Positions 1-10,287 of a stretch of DNA of 64,000 nucleotides are shown here, piece by piece. This stretch comes from Terriglobia bacterium. Lineage in GTDB: Bacteria > Acidobacteriota > Terriglobia > 20CM-2-55-15. The notes beneath the pieces were generated by a model, which saw only the letters and a program-made list of their open reading frames with translations, made no database searches and was not told the origin of the DNA. The stretch is from the NCBI GenBank assembly GCA_965198225.1, contig CBDAOY010000006.1, positions 352,001-416,000 of the forward strand, read 5' to 3'. The translations under genes were made by a program, and so were the position numbers. Numbering within the stretch: the stretch's first letter is position 1; each line of letters starts with the position of its first letter.

Positions 1-142
1 GATTGAATCTCGACTACGGGTGCACTACACACACTGTCCGGTGGCAACAAGCGGCTCGTATTGCGGAGTCATATTAATGGATTCCTGAGATTGTATGCGT
101 GGAATTGCATTGCGGCCGCTTTGTGGCATTAGAATTGTTTCC

Positions 143-1645
143 ATGGCTACGGAGCGACTCCGACGCGTGCTCTCTCGATCCGGGCAACCGACAGTCGAGG
201 TGGACGGCGTTGCGTATCACAGTGTGCACGACCCGTTGCGTGAGGTCCGGCGGTTCTACTCGGCTTTGAAGCTCGAGGACGCCGACGTGATCCTGCATTT
301 CGGCTGGGGGCTCGGTTATTGCGGCGAAACACTCCGGGAGCGGACCAAACCCGGCGCTCGCATCGTCGTTTTCGAGCCAGACGAAGAACTCTTCGAGTTG
401 TCGCGTGCCGAATCCGTCAACAGCGATGTCTTCGAAGAAGACCGCTTCGAGTTTGTCGTGGGTGCGAACGTATCTCATTTTTTCGACGACTGGGAAACGG
501 TCAACTTCCGGGAAACCGACCAGATCCTGTGGGTGGAGTGGCCGGCAGCTCTTCGTGAATACGCCCAGGTGGCAGAGTCTCTACAAGCCCGGTTCAAGAG
601 CCACCTGCGTGATCGGGCAGCCAACCTCCTGACGCACTTTCAGAATGGAGAGGTCTACTTCGAACATGTCATCGGCAACTTCGAGTATCAAGGCGACGCC
701 GATGCGGGCCGTCTCTTCGGGCGTTTCCGCAACATCCCCCTGGTTCTCGTTTCCGCCGGGCCGTCACTGGATCGCAATATTGGCCAGCTGCGGGACCGGC
801 AGGACCGGTGTTTCATCCTGTCGGTCGACACGGCACTGCGGCCATTGCTGGCCGCCGGAATCACGCCTCACGCCGTCATCACCGAGGATCCGAGCGAGCT
901 GAACGCACAACATGTCGTCGGCGCGATACCGGAATCGGTATATCTCATCGCAGAGCAGGCAGTCCACCGGTCGGCGCTTGACGCGGCCGCACGACGTTTT
1001 GTTTTCGGCCTCGGACTGTTTCCCGATTCACTCTTTTCGAAGTTCGGCTTCGGCAAGAGCAGCCTCGATGCCTGGGGCTCGGTGGCCACAACCGCCCTGG
1101 ACCTCGCGTGCCGGATGGGCGCCAATCCGATAGTCTTTGCAGGCCAGGACTTCGCCTACTCCTGGTATCGCGACTACGCGAGCAACACCATCTATCACGG
1201 CAACCCCTTCTACCCCGAACGGTCCGGAACGGAGCAGGCAGACGACATCTTCGGCAACACCGCCCACACGACGGAAAACATGATCGCCTACCGCGACTAC
1301 TTTGTACGTCGGATGAAGCAGGAGTCCGGAGTTCGCTTCATCAATGCCACCGAGGGCGGCATCCTCACCGAGGGTGCGGAGGTGCTGCCCCTCTGGGTTG
1401 CGTTTGAACAGATCCTTTTCGATCCCGTGGACATCGCCGGCGTCCTCGCCGAAAGTCATCAGCCTTCGAAGGCTTCGGCCGACGCTCTCGAACACCTGCA
1501 TCAGGTTCTGAAGTACCGCCGCACGGACTGTGCCTGCCTCGACGGTTTTCTGGAGCTCGCCGCGAAGGAACACCTGTTGAGCAGGGATGAGTCCGAGGTC
1601 GAGAAGACAATCCTGCGCGGAATCGACACCATTTCAGCCAGATGA
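143..1645 (+). CDS. Motility-associated factor (Maf)/DUF115 family protein, putative glycosyltransferase
   Basis: Motifs SAGPSL, GSVATTALDLACRMGANPIVFAGQDFAY and FINATEGG are typical of the MAF_flag10/DUF115 family; N-terminal YHSVHDP..E segment and Rossmann-like FGWGLGY. ATG at 143 chosen over the ORF-track start at 95. Confidence 0.8.
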   Translation: MATERLRRVLSRSGQPTVEVDGVAYHSVHDPLREVRRFYSALKLEDADVILHFGWGLGYCGETLRERTKPGARIVVFEPDEELFELSRAESVNSDVFEEDRFEFVVGANVSHFFDDWETVNFRETDQILWVEWPAALREYAQVAESLQARFKSHLRDRAANLLTHFQNGEVYFEHVIGNFEYQGDADAGRLFGRFRNIPLVLVSAGPSLDRNIGQLRDRQDRCFILSVDTALRPLLAAGITPHAVITEDPSELNAQHVVGAIPESVYLIAEQAVHRSALDAAARRFVFGLGLFPDSLFSKFGFGKSSLDAWGSVATTALDLACRMGANPIVFAGQDFAYSWYRDYASNTIYHGNPFYPERSGTEQADDIFGNTAHTTENMIAYRDYFVRRMKQESGVRFINATEGGILTEGAEVLPLWVAFEQILFDPVDIAGVLAESHQPSKASADALEHLHQVLKYRRTDCACLDGFLELAAKEHLLSRDESEVEKTILRGIDTISAR

Positions 1646-1680
1646 CGAGCTCGCTGGGCCCGCCGGGCCGGCAACCCTAG

Positions 1681-2524
1681 CTAAGGCGCGCCGAAGGGGA
1701 TCGAGCGAGCTTGAAGCTGGCTGGTGAAATCCCGCAACGCGTCGTCATTGGTACTCGCTCCCATGCCGAACAGCCGTGCTCGCATCAACTGAACGAAACC
1801 TCTCAGTCCTGTGGAATACTCGTTCGCGGCGAGCGCGCCTGCCCTGTTGTTGAGGTAATAATCTAAAAACGTGTTGTCCTCGGCCCGCTCGTAAACGTAA
1901 TGATCGCCGATCACGCCCCTCAGGGTGAACTTGTGGCGCTTCCTGAATGGACCGATCGACATCCAATTCCTGGAGTCGATATCCCCAGCGACAGCGACGA
2001 CTTCGTCCATCGTGCCGCCATCGCCTTCGAGTGCGTCTAGGAGTTCGAAAAAACCGAGCTGACACCCGGTCTCGTGATTGTGAAACGTGGTGTTGAAGGT
2101 TGGATCGAGAACATGATGCGTCCATGCGGCGCCGTCTGAAATCGGCACGACGACGGTAACATGGGTCAGCCCGTCCCGTGTGTCGCCGAAATTGATCGTA
2201 AACGATCCATACCCGAACGTCTTCAGCAGCTGATCAAAGAACAGGGACATGCCCGCGCAGTAGACGGCGCCTAAAAAGGACCCACCAAACGGGGTTTCTG
2301 GGCAGGAACTGATCGTAGTACGCTTCTGCCGCCGACGCAGTTTGAACGAAGCTGGTCGTCGCCTGGGAAAGCTCATCCACCAGGGCGTAGTTTCCGGCGT
2401 TCGCCGCCCAGTTCAGGATCAGGCACGCAGCGCGCAGACGGTCGGAAGCCAGCGCGTCGGCGAGGCCGTCGATCTCCTCGAGGAGTTGTCGTCGGAGCCT
2501 GACGGAGGACGGTTCATCGAACAT
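1681..2524 (-). pseudogene. Transglutaminase-like (Cys-His-Asp) protein, frameshifted by a 22-nt insertion at 2272-2293
   Basis: ORFs 2234..2524 and 1681..2376 together align colinearly with the C-terminal domain of 8376..10229 (LRRQLLEEIDGL..NWAANAGNYA..YYDQFLP / GAVYCAGM..THV..DPTFN). Confidence 0.75.
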
Positions 2525-2544
2525 GATAAGACTGGGTCGGACGG

Positions 2545-2821
2545 CTAGCAGCCCGTGGCAGAACTCTGCAGGGTCGCGCGCAGGGGTCTTCGGGTTGCAG
2601 GCGCGAAGAGAGGAGCGGAGCGATGATCATTCATCGTGACCGACGAGCGACAAAGCCTGCGGCCCGAAGACCCCTGCACCCTTCGGGTTACGGCGAAACG
2701 GGGCCGTCTTCGTTGTCGCCGACTCCTCCCAATGAATGAGCATTGTTTCGTCCTCGCCTCCTAGAATCCGGCCCCGTTTGGCCGTAACGCGGCCCTGCAG
2801 AGTTCTGCCACGGGCTGCTAA
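2545..2821. mobile_element. ~277-bp MITE-like element (family A, copy 1)
   Basis: ~33-bp terminal inverted repeats tagcagcccgtggcagaactctgcagggtcgcg / cgcggccctgcagagttctgccacgggctgcta, CTAG/CTAA flanks, two internal hairpin modules, no ORF. Confidence 0.8.
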
Positions 2822-3897
2822 ACGGCGGCTCGTTCAGATTGCAGGTCCATCTTGGCGAGCCTGGTCGCCGCTGCGACCTGGCAGGGTCTGTTCTGGGGGC
2901 GATCCAGCCCCGCCAGAGCCTCCAGCATGGATCGAGCGTGAGCCGGATTCTTCGTGTGGAAGGCTCCTCGGATCCGGCCGGTGTCGAGCCTGCGCACGCC
3001 TTGATGCCAGCCGCAATCCCAGCTCTCCCGATCGGCTTCGATGTCCCTGAAGAGCTGGAGCGCACGGGCCCGGTCGTCGTCGCTGAGCCGCTCGAAGGCC
3101 TGGGCGAAGACACTCATCAGACCACGCCCGCCCAGGGCGGCTACGATTTCCGGTGTCACCTCGACACTCTGCTCCTCGAAACAACGGCGGATGAACATCC
3201 TCTCCAACGCCGATCCCATTGAGCTGCCGTTGAAGTCGGCATTTCCAGCATGACGACGCGAGCGGTGCAGTAGATGGTCGACGCATGCAATCGGGCCGCG
3301 CTGGGCGATCTTGAGCCAATGGTAGTACTCGGCGGCTCGCCACAACTCGGGAAACTCGGGGTCGGTTTCGAGGAACGGCCCGACCTCTTCGAGCACGTCA
3401 CGACGGATCAGGACCGTGTTGCCGTTGATGAAGTTCCCGTCCAGCAGCGCGGTGAAGGCATCGGTCTCGAATTCGTTCGGAGGATGGAAGTCGCCGATCT
3501 GGCGGCCGTTGGCGTCGATCGCGACGTAAGCGGTATGAACAAGTCCGACCGCCGGATTCTCATCCAGAAAACGAACCTGCGCTTCGAGCTTGTCCGGTTC
3601 GAAGATGTCGTCTGAACTCAGCCATGCGAAGTAATCCCCGTGCATCTGGCGTATGCCTATGTTGATCGGCGTAGGGGTACCGGAAGGGCCCTGCGAGTTG
3701 ATGACGAGCGATATCCTCCGCTCGGGATGCCGCTGGATGAAGCCCTCGACAATCTTCCGCGATTCATCCGTCGAGTTGTCGTCCACGACGATCAACTCCC
3801 AGTCCGTGAACGTCTGACCGATGACGCTATCCAGGGTTTCCGCGATGAACCGACCGTAGTTGTAGTTCGGAACGACAATGCTGACTCTGGGCGTCAT
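2818..3897 (-). CDS. GT2 family glycosyltransferase
   Basis: VSIVVPNYNYGRFI, VVDDNSTD, YFAWLSSDD: canonical Glycos_transf_2 motifs. Confidence 0.92.
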   Translation of the reverse strand: MTPRVSIVVPNYNYGRFIAETLDSVIGQTFTDWELIVVDDNSTDESRKIVEGFIQRHPERRISLVINSQGPSGTPTPINIGIRQMHGDYFAWLSSDDIFEPDKLEAQVRFLDENPAVGLVHTAYVAIDANGRQIGDFHPPNEFETDAFTALLDGNFINGNTVLIRRDVLEEVGPFLETDPEFPELWRAAEYYHWLKIAQRGPIACVDHLLHRSRRHAGNADFNGSSMGSALERMFIRRCFEEQSVEVTPEIVAALGGRGLMSVFAQAFERLSDDDRARALQLFRDIEADRESWDCGWHQGVRRLDTGRIRGAFHTKNPAHARSMLEALAGLDRPQNRPCQVAAATRLAKMDLQSERAAV

Positions 3898-3965
3898 AGT
3901 GATCTGTTTTCTACGGCCTCCGCCCGATTACAAGAGGTTTACCGACACGGCCTCCGCCATGAAAA

Positions 3966-4058
3966 TGCAGATCGGTGTCCAAAGGATAGGTTCTAAATAT
4001 CAGCCACTTACGGTGTCAGGCAGGCGCTTCCGAATCTAAAATTTGACGTGAAATGTCA
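3966..4058 (-). promoter_or_regulatory. Putative sigma54 promoter with IHF site and upstream enhancer palindrome for the GT2 gene
   Basis: Minus strand tGGacaccgatctGCa (GG-N10-GC) at 3966-3981; IHF-like tatcagccactta 3998-4010; TTGAC..GTCA dyad 4043-4058. The same layout precedes the paralog. Confidence 0.65.
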
Positions 4059-4135
4059 GGATTCCGTCGGTAAGATCTAGTGGCTAGTAACAGCGTTTGT
4101 CCCGTGGCGTCTTTCAGAACAATCAGAGGAACAGG

Positions 4136-5191
4136 ATGAGTATCCCCTTGCAGCATCTAGAGTGTGACATTCGCTCGTGGCTTCAGGAACATGGCGGGAT
4201 CGCTTCCGACTATACGGTTCAGCGAATCAACCAGAGCTACCCACGAATCCAACAGATACTCACCGAGAGCGGGGGTGTTTCCTTCACAGCCGCCCTCGAC
4301 ATAGGGTGCGGTGCAGGTTTCGACGCATTCGCGTTGGGCGTTCACTTCGACCAGGTTCTTGCCATCGACTCCAGCGAGGCCGCCATCGAGGAGGCGCGCA
4401 GCATCGCCCGCGAAGCGGGTGTCTCCAACGTCCATTTCGAATGCGTTGATGCGCTGGGCTACGTGCCTTCAACGCTCTTCAGCTTCGTTTTTTGCAATAT
4501 CATGTCGCACAACGTGGACTCACGGCGGCTGCTCGCGACGGGCATCGCCCAATCCCTCGATCTGAGCGGATGGCTGAACTACGCCGAAGAACAGGAAGGG
4601 TATGCTCCCTTGGAGATCCACCGGGCAATCCAACGGAAGGATCTCTCCGCGGTGACATACCGCCTGTGGCAGATGCTTCGAGGCTTCTGCAGCATGAAGG
4701 GGTTCCGGTTTTTTGCTTCGGGTTCGATGGCGCCACTCCTGGAGGCCCTGGGGCTGAGGACCGTATCCTGCCAGTCCGAAGAGTGGAACGGCATCCCATT
4801 CGTCGAGAGGATTTCCCTCGTCCGCGAAGGAAGGCCGCTCGGACCCGAGCCTGAGGGAACGGATCCCGATTACCTCGACCTTCGGGACGAGTTCCAGCAG
4901 ATGAGGGGAAGGTTCCGGGCGTTGATTTCCGGCCGACCGGAGGCGGGGTTTTCCGCTCACCAGCGTGAGGAAATAGAGGAGGAAGCGGGGGCTTCGGCTA
5001 ATCGCTACGGACCTTTCCTGACGCTGCTGTCGATGGCAGACCTGGTTCTTCCGTCCCTGGATGAGGACGATCGCGGCCGACTACAGGCACAGCCGGAACC
5101 GAATTGGAGCTTGTTGCAGGATCTCGACGGGCGTTTCATCGGACAGATGAGACAGCGGGCCGGTCTGGAAGAGGGGCCGATTGACGACTGA
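4136..5191 (+). CDS. Class I SAM-dependent methyltransferase (tandem copy 1)
   Basis: LDIGCGAG motif I and acidic AIDSS. ATG at 4136 follows AGGA and matches the paralog's N-terminus. Confidence 0.85.
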   Translation: MSIPLQHLECDIRSWLQEHGGIASDYTVQRINQSYPRIQQILTESGGVSFTAALDIGCGAGFDAFALGVHFDQVLAIDSSEAAIEEARSIAREAGVSNVHFECVDALGYVPSTLFSFVFCNIMSHNVDSRRLLATGIAQSLDLSGWLNYAEEQEGYAPLEIHRAIQRKDLSAVTYRLWQMLRGFCSMKGFRFFASGSMAPLLEALGLRTVSCQSEEWNGIPFVERISLVREGRPLGPEPEGTDPDYLDLRDEFQQMRGRFRALISGRPEAGFSAHQREEIEEEAGASANRYGPFLTLLSMADLVLPSLDEDDRGRLQAQPEPNWSLLQDLDGRFIGQMRQRAGLEEGPIDD

Positions 5192-5240
5192 CGAGTTTCA
5201 TCAATCGTTTTCGAACCGACCACGGTTAACGACGAGTCAA

Positions 5241-6287
5241 ATGGATCTTCCGCTGCGGCATCCAGAGTGCGACCTCCGCTCCTGGCTTCAGGAACACGGC
5301 GGGATCGCTTCCGACTATACTGCCCGGCGAATCACCGAGAGCTACCCCCGCATCCGAGGGATACTCGGGGACACACAGGGCCTTTCCTACAACGCCGCTT
5401 TCGACATTGGGTGCGGATCGGGCTTCGACTCCTTCGCGATGGGCCTTCACTTCGACCAGGTTGTTGCCGTTGACACAGACAAGAAAGCGATCGAGGAGGC
5501 CGTCAGGATCAGCGGCGAAGCCGGAATCACCAACGTCCATTTTGATTGCGCCAACGCCGAACAGTACGAGACTTCCAGGCTCTTCAACTTCGCCTTCTGT
5601 AACCTGATGTCTCACAACGTCGGTTCCCGATGCCTGCTTGGCGTGAGAATGGCAATGGCCCTGCAGGAGGGTGGATGGCTGAACTACGCCGAGGAGCAGG
5701 AAGGCTATGCTCCTCTGGAGATCCACCGGGCCACCGAGCGGCGGGATGTTGCGGGGCTATCACAACGCCTGCGGCAATTGCTTCGGGGTTTCACGGGAGC
5801 GCCGGGTTTCAGATTCTTTGCCTCGGAGAGCATTCGGCCGCTACTGGCGGCCCTGGGGCTGAGGTCCGTGTCCGGTCACATCAACCGCTGGAACGGGTTA
5901 CCGTTCGGAGAGAGGATGTTGTTCGTTAAAGACGGAAACCCTTCTGAAACGGAACCCGACGGCACCGACCCGGATTACCTGGCGGTGCCGAGCGAATTTC
6001 GAGAGATCGGGGACAGGTTCAGAGCGTGGATAGAGGTCCGCCCGCCTGAAGGGTTTGCTCGTCAGCAGCGCGAGGAGATAGAGAAGGAAGTCGACGGTAC
6101 CGCCAATCGGTACGGACCTTTCCTCACGCTTCTGTCGATGGCGGACCTGGTATTGCCATCCTTGAGTCCCCTGGAAACACCGGAAGCCCATGAGCCGGAC
6201 TGGGATGCAGTTCTGGAACTCGACAGGCGTTTCATCGCCCAGGTGCGAAAGAGGGCAGGTTTGGAAGATGGGCCGATTGACGACTGA
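5241..6287 (+). CDS. Class I SAM-dependent methyltransferase (tandem copy 2)
   Basis: FDIGCGSG motif I; colinear with 4136..5191 including the C-terminal GLE(E/D)GPIDD. Confidence 0.85.
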   Translation: MDLPLRHPECDLRSWLQEHGGIASDYTARRITESYPRIRGILGDTQGLSYNAAFDIGCGSGFDSFAMGLHFDQVVAVDTDKKAIEEAVRISGEAGITNVHFDCANAEQYETSRLFNFAFCNLMSHNVGSRCLLGVRMAMALQEGGWLNYAEEQEGYAPLEIHRATERRDVAGLSQRLRQLLRGFTGAPGFRFFASESIRPLLAALGLRSVSGHINRWNGLPFGERMLFVKDGNPSETEPDGTDPDYLAVPSEFREIGDRFRAWIEVRPPEGFARQQREEIEKEVDGTANRYGPFLTLLSMADLVLPSLSPLETPEAHEPDWDAVLELDRRFIAQVRKRAGLEDGPIDD

Positions 6288-7275
6288 TTTCGAAGAGTAC
6301 GGGTACAGCCGGGGTCCGGTTCCGGTCCGGGGACGTTACTGGCTGCTCACCGTCGATTTCGAGGCGTTCACCAATCCGGACAACATCGCGTCTTGGATGG
6401 CGGCCATGCGTCACTGGGCGGCCCAGGCGAAGAACTACGGCTTACGGTTCTCCTTCTTCATGTCGGTCGAGGATGTCGTCATCTTGAAAGTGAATTCCCC
6501 TACTGAATACGGCGATTTCCTGGAGTGCGTCGACTTGTTATATCAGTCAGGAACGCGCTTTCATCCTCACAATCACGGCGTTTTCGATCCGGAAAGCGGA
6601 GCCGGTTTCGCCGATACCGACAGTGAGCGGCCCGAAGGATATACCAAACGCATCAGTATGTTTCATCGCGCCCACTACCAGCACGGAGTGGACTTTGGCT
6701 CCTGGATGGGTACCGTGAAAGCAGGCTACGAGAGTTTTCTCGCCGATGCGGGTGTTCCGCCGCCCCACATGCTTGCCTTTCGCGCGGGCGGATGGGACTA
6801 CGGCTCCACTTCAGAGGACCTCCGGATATACCTGGACGCTCTGTCCGAGGCAGGATACAAAGTCGACAGCAGCGCCTGCTCGGGCGCGTTTGGTACGCCC
6901 TCGTGGCGGATGGGCGCCGACTACCAATCAAACGTCTTCCTGCTGGACTCTAACTTGATCGAAGTTGCGCCGAATTCCGCACTGGATTGCGGGCAGTTGC
7001 CGCCCGAAGCGCCGTCGCCGTTTGAGACCAATCAATCGGGGCCTGGAGTGTATGTACACGTCTTACACTTCGATCATCTCTTTCACGAACTCGACGCCGG
7101 CTCATACCGGTATTTCGCCGTGACCGACCCTGAAGCGATAAAACGGAGAATAGACCAGTTTTTCGAAAAAATGGGGATCTGGCGGTCTTCGCCGCTTCTC
7201 CAGAGCGCCACCTTTGACGACATCGAGTTTGTGATGCCGGAATCGGTTTCTTCCGAGGAGAGTCACAGTGTCTGA
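6277..7275 (+). CDS. Polysaccharide deacetylase-like protein
   Basis: LTVDFE, HPHNH, FRAGGW and VDSS motifs resemble the NodB/CE4-like fold. Start is TTG 6277 or ATG 6268, overlapping the upstream stop. Confidence 0.65.
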   Translation: MTTDFEEYGYSRGPVPVRGRYWLLTVDFEAFTNPDNIASWMAAMRHWAAQAKNYGLRFSFFMSVEDVVILKVNSPTEYGDFLECVDLLYQSGTRFHPHNHGVFDPESGAGFADTDSERPEGYTKRISMFHRAHYQHGVDFGSWMGTVKAGYESFLADAGVPPPHMLAFRAGGWDYGSTSEDLRIYLDALSEAGYKVDSSACSGAFGTPSWRMGADYQSNVFLLDSNLIEVAPNSALDCGQLPPEAPSPFETNQSGPGVYVHVLHFDHLFHELDAGSYRYFAVTDPEAIKRRIDQFFEKMGIWRSSPLLQSATFDDIEFVMPESVSSEESHSV

Positions 7276-8311
7276 AAGCACCACCGAGCCGCTCGTTCTC
7301 AATGACATGTACGAACAGCCGCGTAAGAGCCTGATGGTCAATCTGGTCATGGGCCTTTTCCTCAGGTTGAAGGAAGACCGCTACTCCTCTCCTCACAGCA
7401 CTCGACCCGATTTCGAAAAGGATGGGGAAGCCGAGCTAGCTGAAGCCGAACCACCTGAAGATGCAAGCTCGGGTGACGTGCTCGATCCCCGCACCCAGTA
7501 CGAGTACGACACCGCCTACAACTCGTTCTTCTATTGGCTCCAGGACTACGTCACCATGGACTTCCTCGACCACAAGGACGTGCTCGACGTCGGTTGCGGA
7601 TGGGGCGGGAAGATGATCAATTACGCAGCCAACACCCAGCTCAACACGATCTATGGATTCGACGTCCCGCCGTACAAGCCGGAGGTCTCCGAGGCATTTG
7701 CCCGGTCCAAGGGCTTGGACAACTGCGTCTTCACGGCGGCTTACGCCGAGGACATCCCCTACGACGACAACCGGTTCGACGTGGCGATCATCGACGACGT
7801 CCTGGAGCACGTGCAAGACCCCGAAAAGACGGTCTCGGAGGCTTATCGCGTCCTGAAGCCCGGAGGCACGCTAATCATCAAGTCGCCCTCGTTCAAGATG
7901 ATGGACGCCCATCATCTTGACAATGCAATCACCTGGCCCGGCATCCACTATCTCCTGTCGATGAAGACGTGGGCGGCCGGCCTGAACTATCTGCTTCTGG
8001 ACGAAAGATACCGGGATGTTCTGAACTTCTCCCCCTTCTACAAGACCGTTTCGACGCGGTATCACAAATGTGTCACCGCCAACCTGAACGGGCTGGACTA
8101 CTCCGACTTCGTGCAAATAATCGGGCGGCATGATTTCGAGATTGAAACGTTGAAGATGACGAAGCGGAATATATCGAGGAGCAGGGTCGTAAAGTATCAT
8201 CTCTATGATTTCTTCTACCGTATCCCCCTGGCGAAAGAGTTCCTTTCACAGTTTGTCCTGTTCATCGGCAAGAAGCCCGCAAAGCCCGATTCCCAGAGCA
8301 ACGCTTCCTGA
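7268..8311 (+). CDS. Class I SAM-dependent methyltransferase (Methyltransf_11-like)
   Basis: VLDVGCGWGG, AEDIPYDDNRFD, VLEHV, RVLKPGG. Confidence 0.9.
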   Translation: MSESTTEPLVLNDMYEQPRKSLMVNLVMGLFLRLKEDRYSSPHSTRPDFEKDGEAELAEAEPPEDASSGDVLDPRTQYEYDTAYNSFFYWLQDYVTMDFLDHKDVLDVGCGWGGKMINYAANTQLNTIYGFDVPPYKPEVSEAFARSKGLDNCVFTAAYAEDIPYDDNRFDVAIIDDVLEHVQDPEKTVSEAYRVLKPGGTLIIKSPSFKMMDAHHLDNAITWPGIHYLLSMKTWAAGLNYLLLDERYRDVLNFSPFYKTVSTRYHKCVTANLNGLDYSDFVQIIGRHDFEIETLKMTKRNISRSRVVKYHLYDFFYRIPLAKEFLSQFVLFIGKKPAKPDSQSNAS

Positions 8312-8375
8312 CGCGTATGGAACACGCCGGGACTACCGCTTGTCGTGAATGATGGAGTGGGAGTCGAGACGGTCT

Positions 8376-10229
8376 TCAGCGGTTTCCGAGAGGTATGCCT
8401 CGGGCTTCCAGCTGTCGGGTAAAATCCTGCGTCGCCGTCGCGTTCCCGCAGGGCCCGATGCTGAACATCCGAGCGCGCATCAACTGCGCGAGTCCTTTCA
8501 GACCGCCGGCATATCCGTTAGCGGCGAGTTCCCGTGTGTTTCTGTCGAGGAAGTCGACGAATCTGCCGTCACTCCTCCCGTAGACGTAGCGATCGCCGAC
8601 AACGTCCCTGAGGAAAAAGAAGGACTCTTTGAGGGGACCGATCGATATCCAATCCCTGGAGTCCATGCTTTCGGAGTGTGCGACAACCGAATCCATGCTG
8701 TCGGTGTCGAGCGCATCGATCAGTTCGAACATGCCCAACTGGCATCCGGTGACGCGGTCATGAAACGTCGTGTTGAAGGTCGGATCGAAGATATGGTGCT
8801 CCCATGCCGTGCCATCGGAAACCGGCACGATGACGGCCACGTGGGTCAGCCAGTCCCTCAGGTCACCGAAGTTGATCGTAAAGGCGTCGTACCCGAACAT
8901 CTTCAGCAGCCGATCGTAGAACAACGCCATGCCGGAACAATAGAGGGCCCCCTTGTTCGGCAGGAATTGATCGTAATAGATCTCCGCGACCGACGCCTTT
9001 AGAACAGAGTCGGTTGTGACCTGCGCAAGATCACTGCTCTGGGCATAGTTTCCAGCGTTGGAGGCCCAGTTCAAAAGCATCCGGGCCGCTAGCATCCGAT
9101 CCGTGACCAGTGCATCTCCAAGGCCGTCGATTTCAATCAGAAGCTGCTGCCTCAACGTAGCATCAGTAGTAGCAGGTACTTCTTCGAGGGCCAGACGTTC
9201 CCGGCTCAGCTCGTTCACACCCTGGCAATGGACCGGCCCAGAGCCACCCGGTGTCCTGTGCACGACGCCGGATGCACCCTCCTCGCACCGATCGCCGAAC
9301 CGCTCGATGGATGACGGAGCCCTCCACCCCACTGAATGCCTGGCGAACCACCCGTCATCGACGCCACTGGCCTCGTAGAGTTGGAGCGCGCGAGCCTGGT
9401 CCTCGTCTGGGAGATGGGCGAACGCCTCGATGAAAACACTCATCACACCTCGCCGGCCGAGCGCCGCTACTATCCCCGGTGTCAACTCGACACGCTGTTG
9501 CTCGAAGCAGCCAAGTGCGAAGCTGCTTTCGAGGCACGATTCGATGTAGCGACTGTTGTCGTGCGCGTTTCCAGCGTGACGTCGCGCCCGGAGCAACGGA
9601 CGATCGATACACGCGATAGGGTGGCGCAGGGCGATGAGGAGCCAGTGATGATACTCGGAGGCACGTCCCAAACCCGGGAACCTCACGTCGGTTTCGACAA
9701 ACGGGCCGACGTCGGCGAGCACCTCGCTGCGGATGAGGACCGTGTTGCCGTTGATGAAGTTTCCGTCCAGCAGCGTCGTGAACGCGTCGGTCTCGAATTC
9801 GCCGGGAGGGTGGCAGTCGCCGATCTGACAGCCGTCCGAATCGATCGTGATGTAGGCGCTATGAACCAGCCCGACCGCCGGATTCTCATCCAGGAAGCGG
9901 ACCTGCGCGTCGAGCTTGTCCGGCTCGATCACGTTGTCCGAACTGAGCCACGCGAGGTAGTGTCCGCGCGCCTCGCGCATTCCGAGGTTGATCGGCGCCG
10001 GCGCGCCGGAAGGGCCCTGCGGGTTGACGACGAGTGAGATATTCCGATCCGGATGGCGCTGTATATAGGACCCGACGATTTCTCGCGAGTCGTCCGTAGA
10101 GTTGTCGTCCACGACGATCAACTCCCAATCCGTGAGGGTCTGCCGGATGACGCTGTCGAGGGCCTCCCCTATGAAACGACCGTAGTTGTAGTTGGGGACG
10201 ATGACGCTGACTTTGGGCACCGTGGTCAT
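8376..10229 (-). CDS. GT2 glycosyltransferase fused to a C-terminal transglutaminase-like (Cys-His-Asp) domain
   Basis: N-terminal GT2 motifs (VIVPNYN, VVDDNSTD, WLSSD). The C-terminal ~250 aa contain YCSG..THVAV..FDPTFN. Confidence 0.8.
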   Translation of the reverse strand: MTTVPKVSVIVPNYNYGRFIGEALDSVIRQTLTDWELIVVDDNSTDDSREIVGSYIQRHPDRNISLVVNPQGPSGAPAPINLGMREARGHYLAWLSSDNVIEPDKLDAQVRFLDENPAVGLVHSAYITIDSDGCQIGDCHPPGEFETDAFTTLLDGNFINGNTVLIRSEVLADVGPFVETDVRFPGLGRASEYHHWLLIALRHPIACIDRPLLRARRHAGNAHDNSRYIESCLESSFALGCFEQQRVELTPGIVAALGRRGVMSVFIEAFAHLPDEDQARALQLYEASGVDDGWFARHSVGWRAPSSIERFGDRCEEGASGVVHRTPGGSGPVHCQGVNELSRERLALEEVPATTDATLRQQLLIEIDGLGDALVTDRMLAARMLLNWASNAGNYAQSSDLAQVTTDSVLKASVAEIYYDQFLPNKGALYCSGMALFYDRLLKMFGYDAFTINFGDLRDWLTHVAVIVPVSDGTAWEHHIFDPTFNTTFHDRVTGCQLGMFELIDALDTDSMDSVVAHSESMDSRDWISIGPLKESFFFLRDVVGDRYVYGRSDGRFVDFLDRNTRELAANGYAGGLKGLAQLMRARMFSIGPCGNATATQDFTRQLEARGIPLGNR

Positions 10230-10287
10230 CTTTGATTAGACTGCAATCCTTTCAGGCGTTCCGGGGACACTGCGTCGGGGGGGGAAA

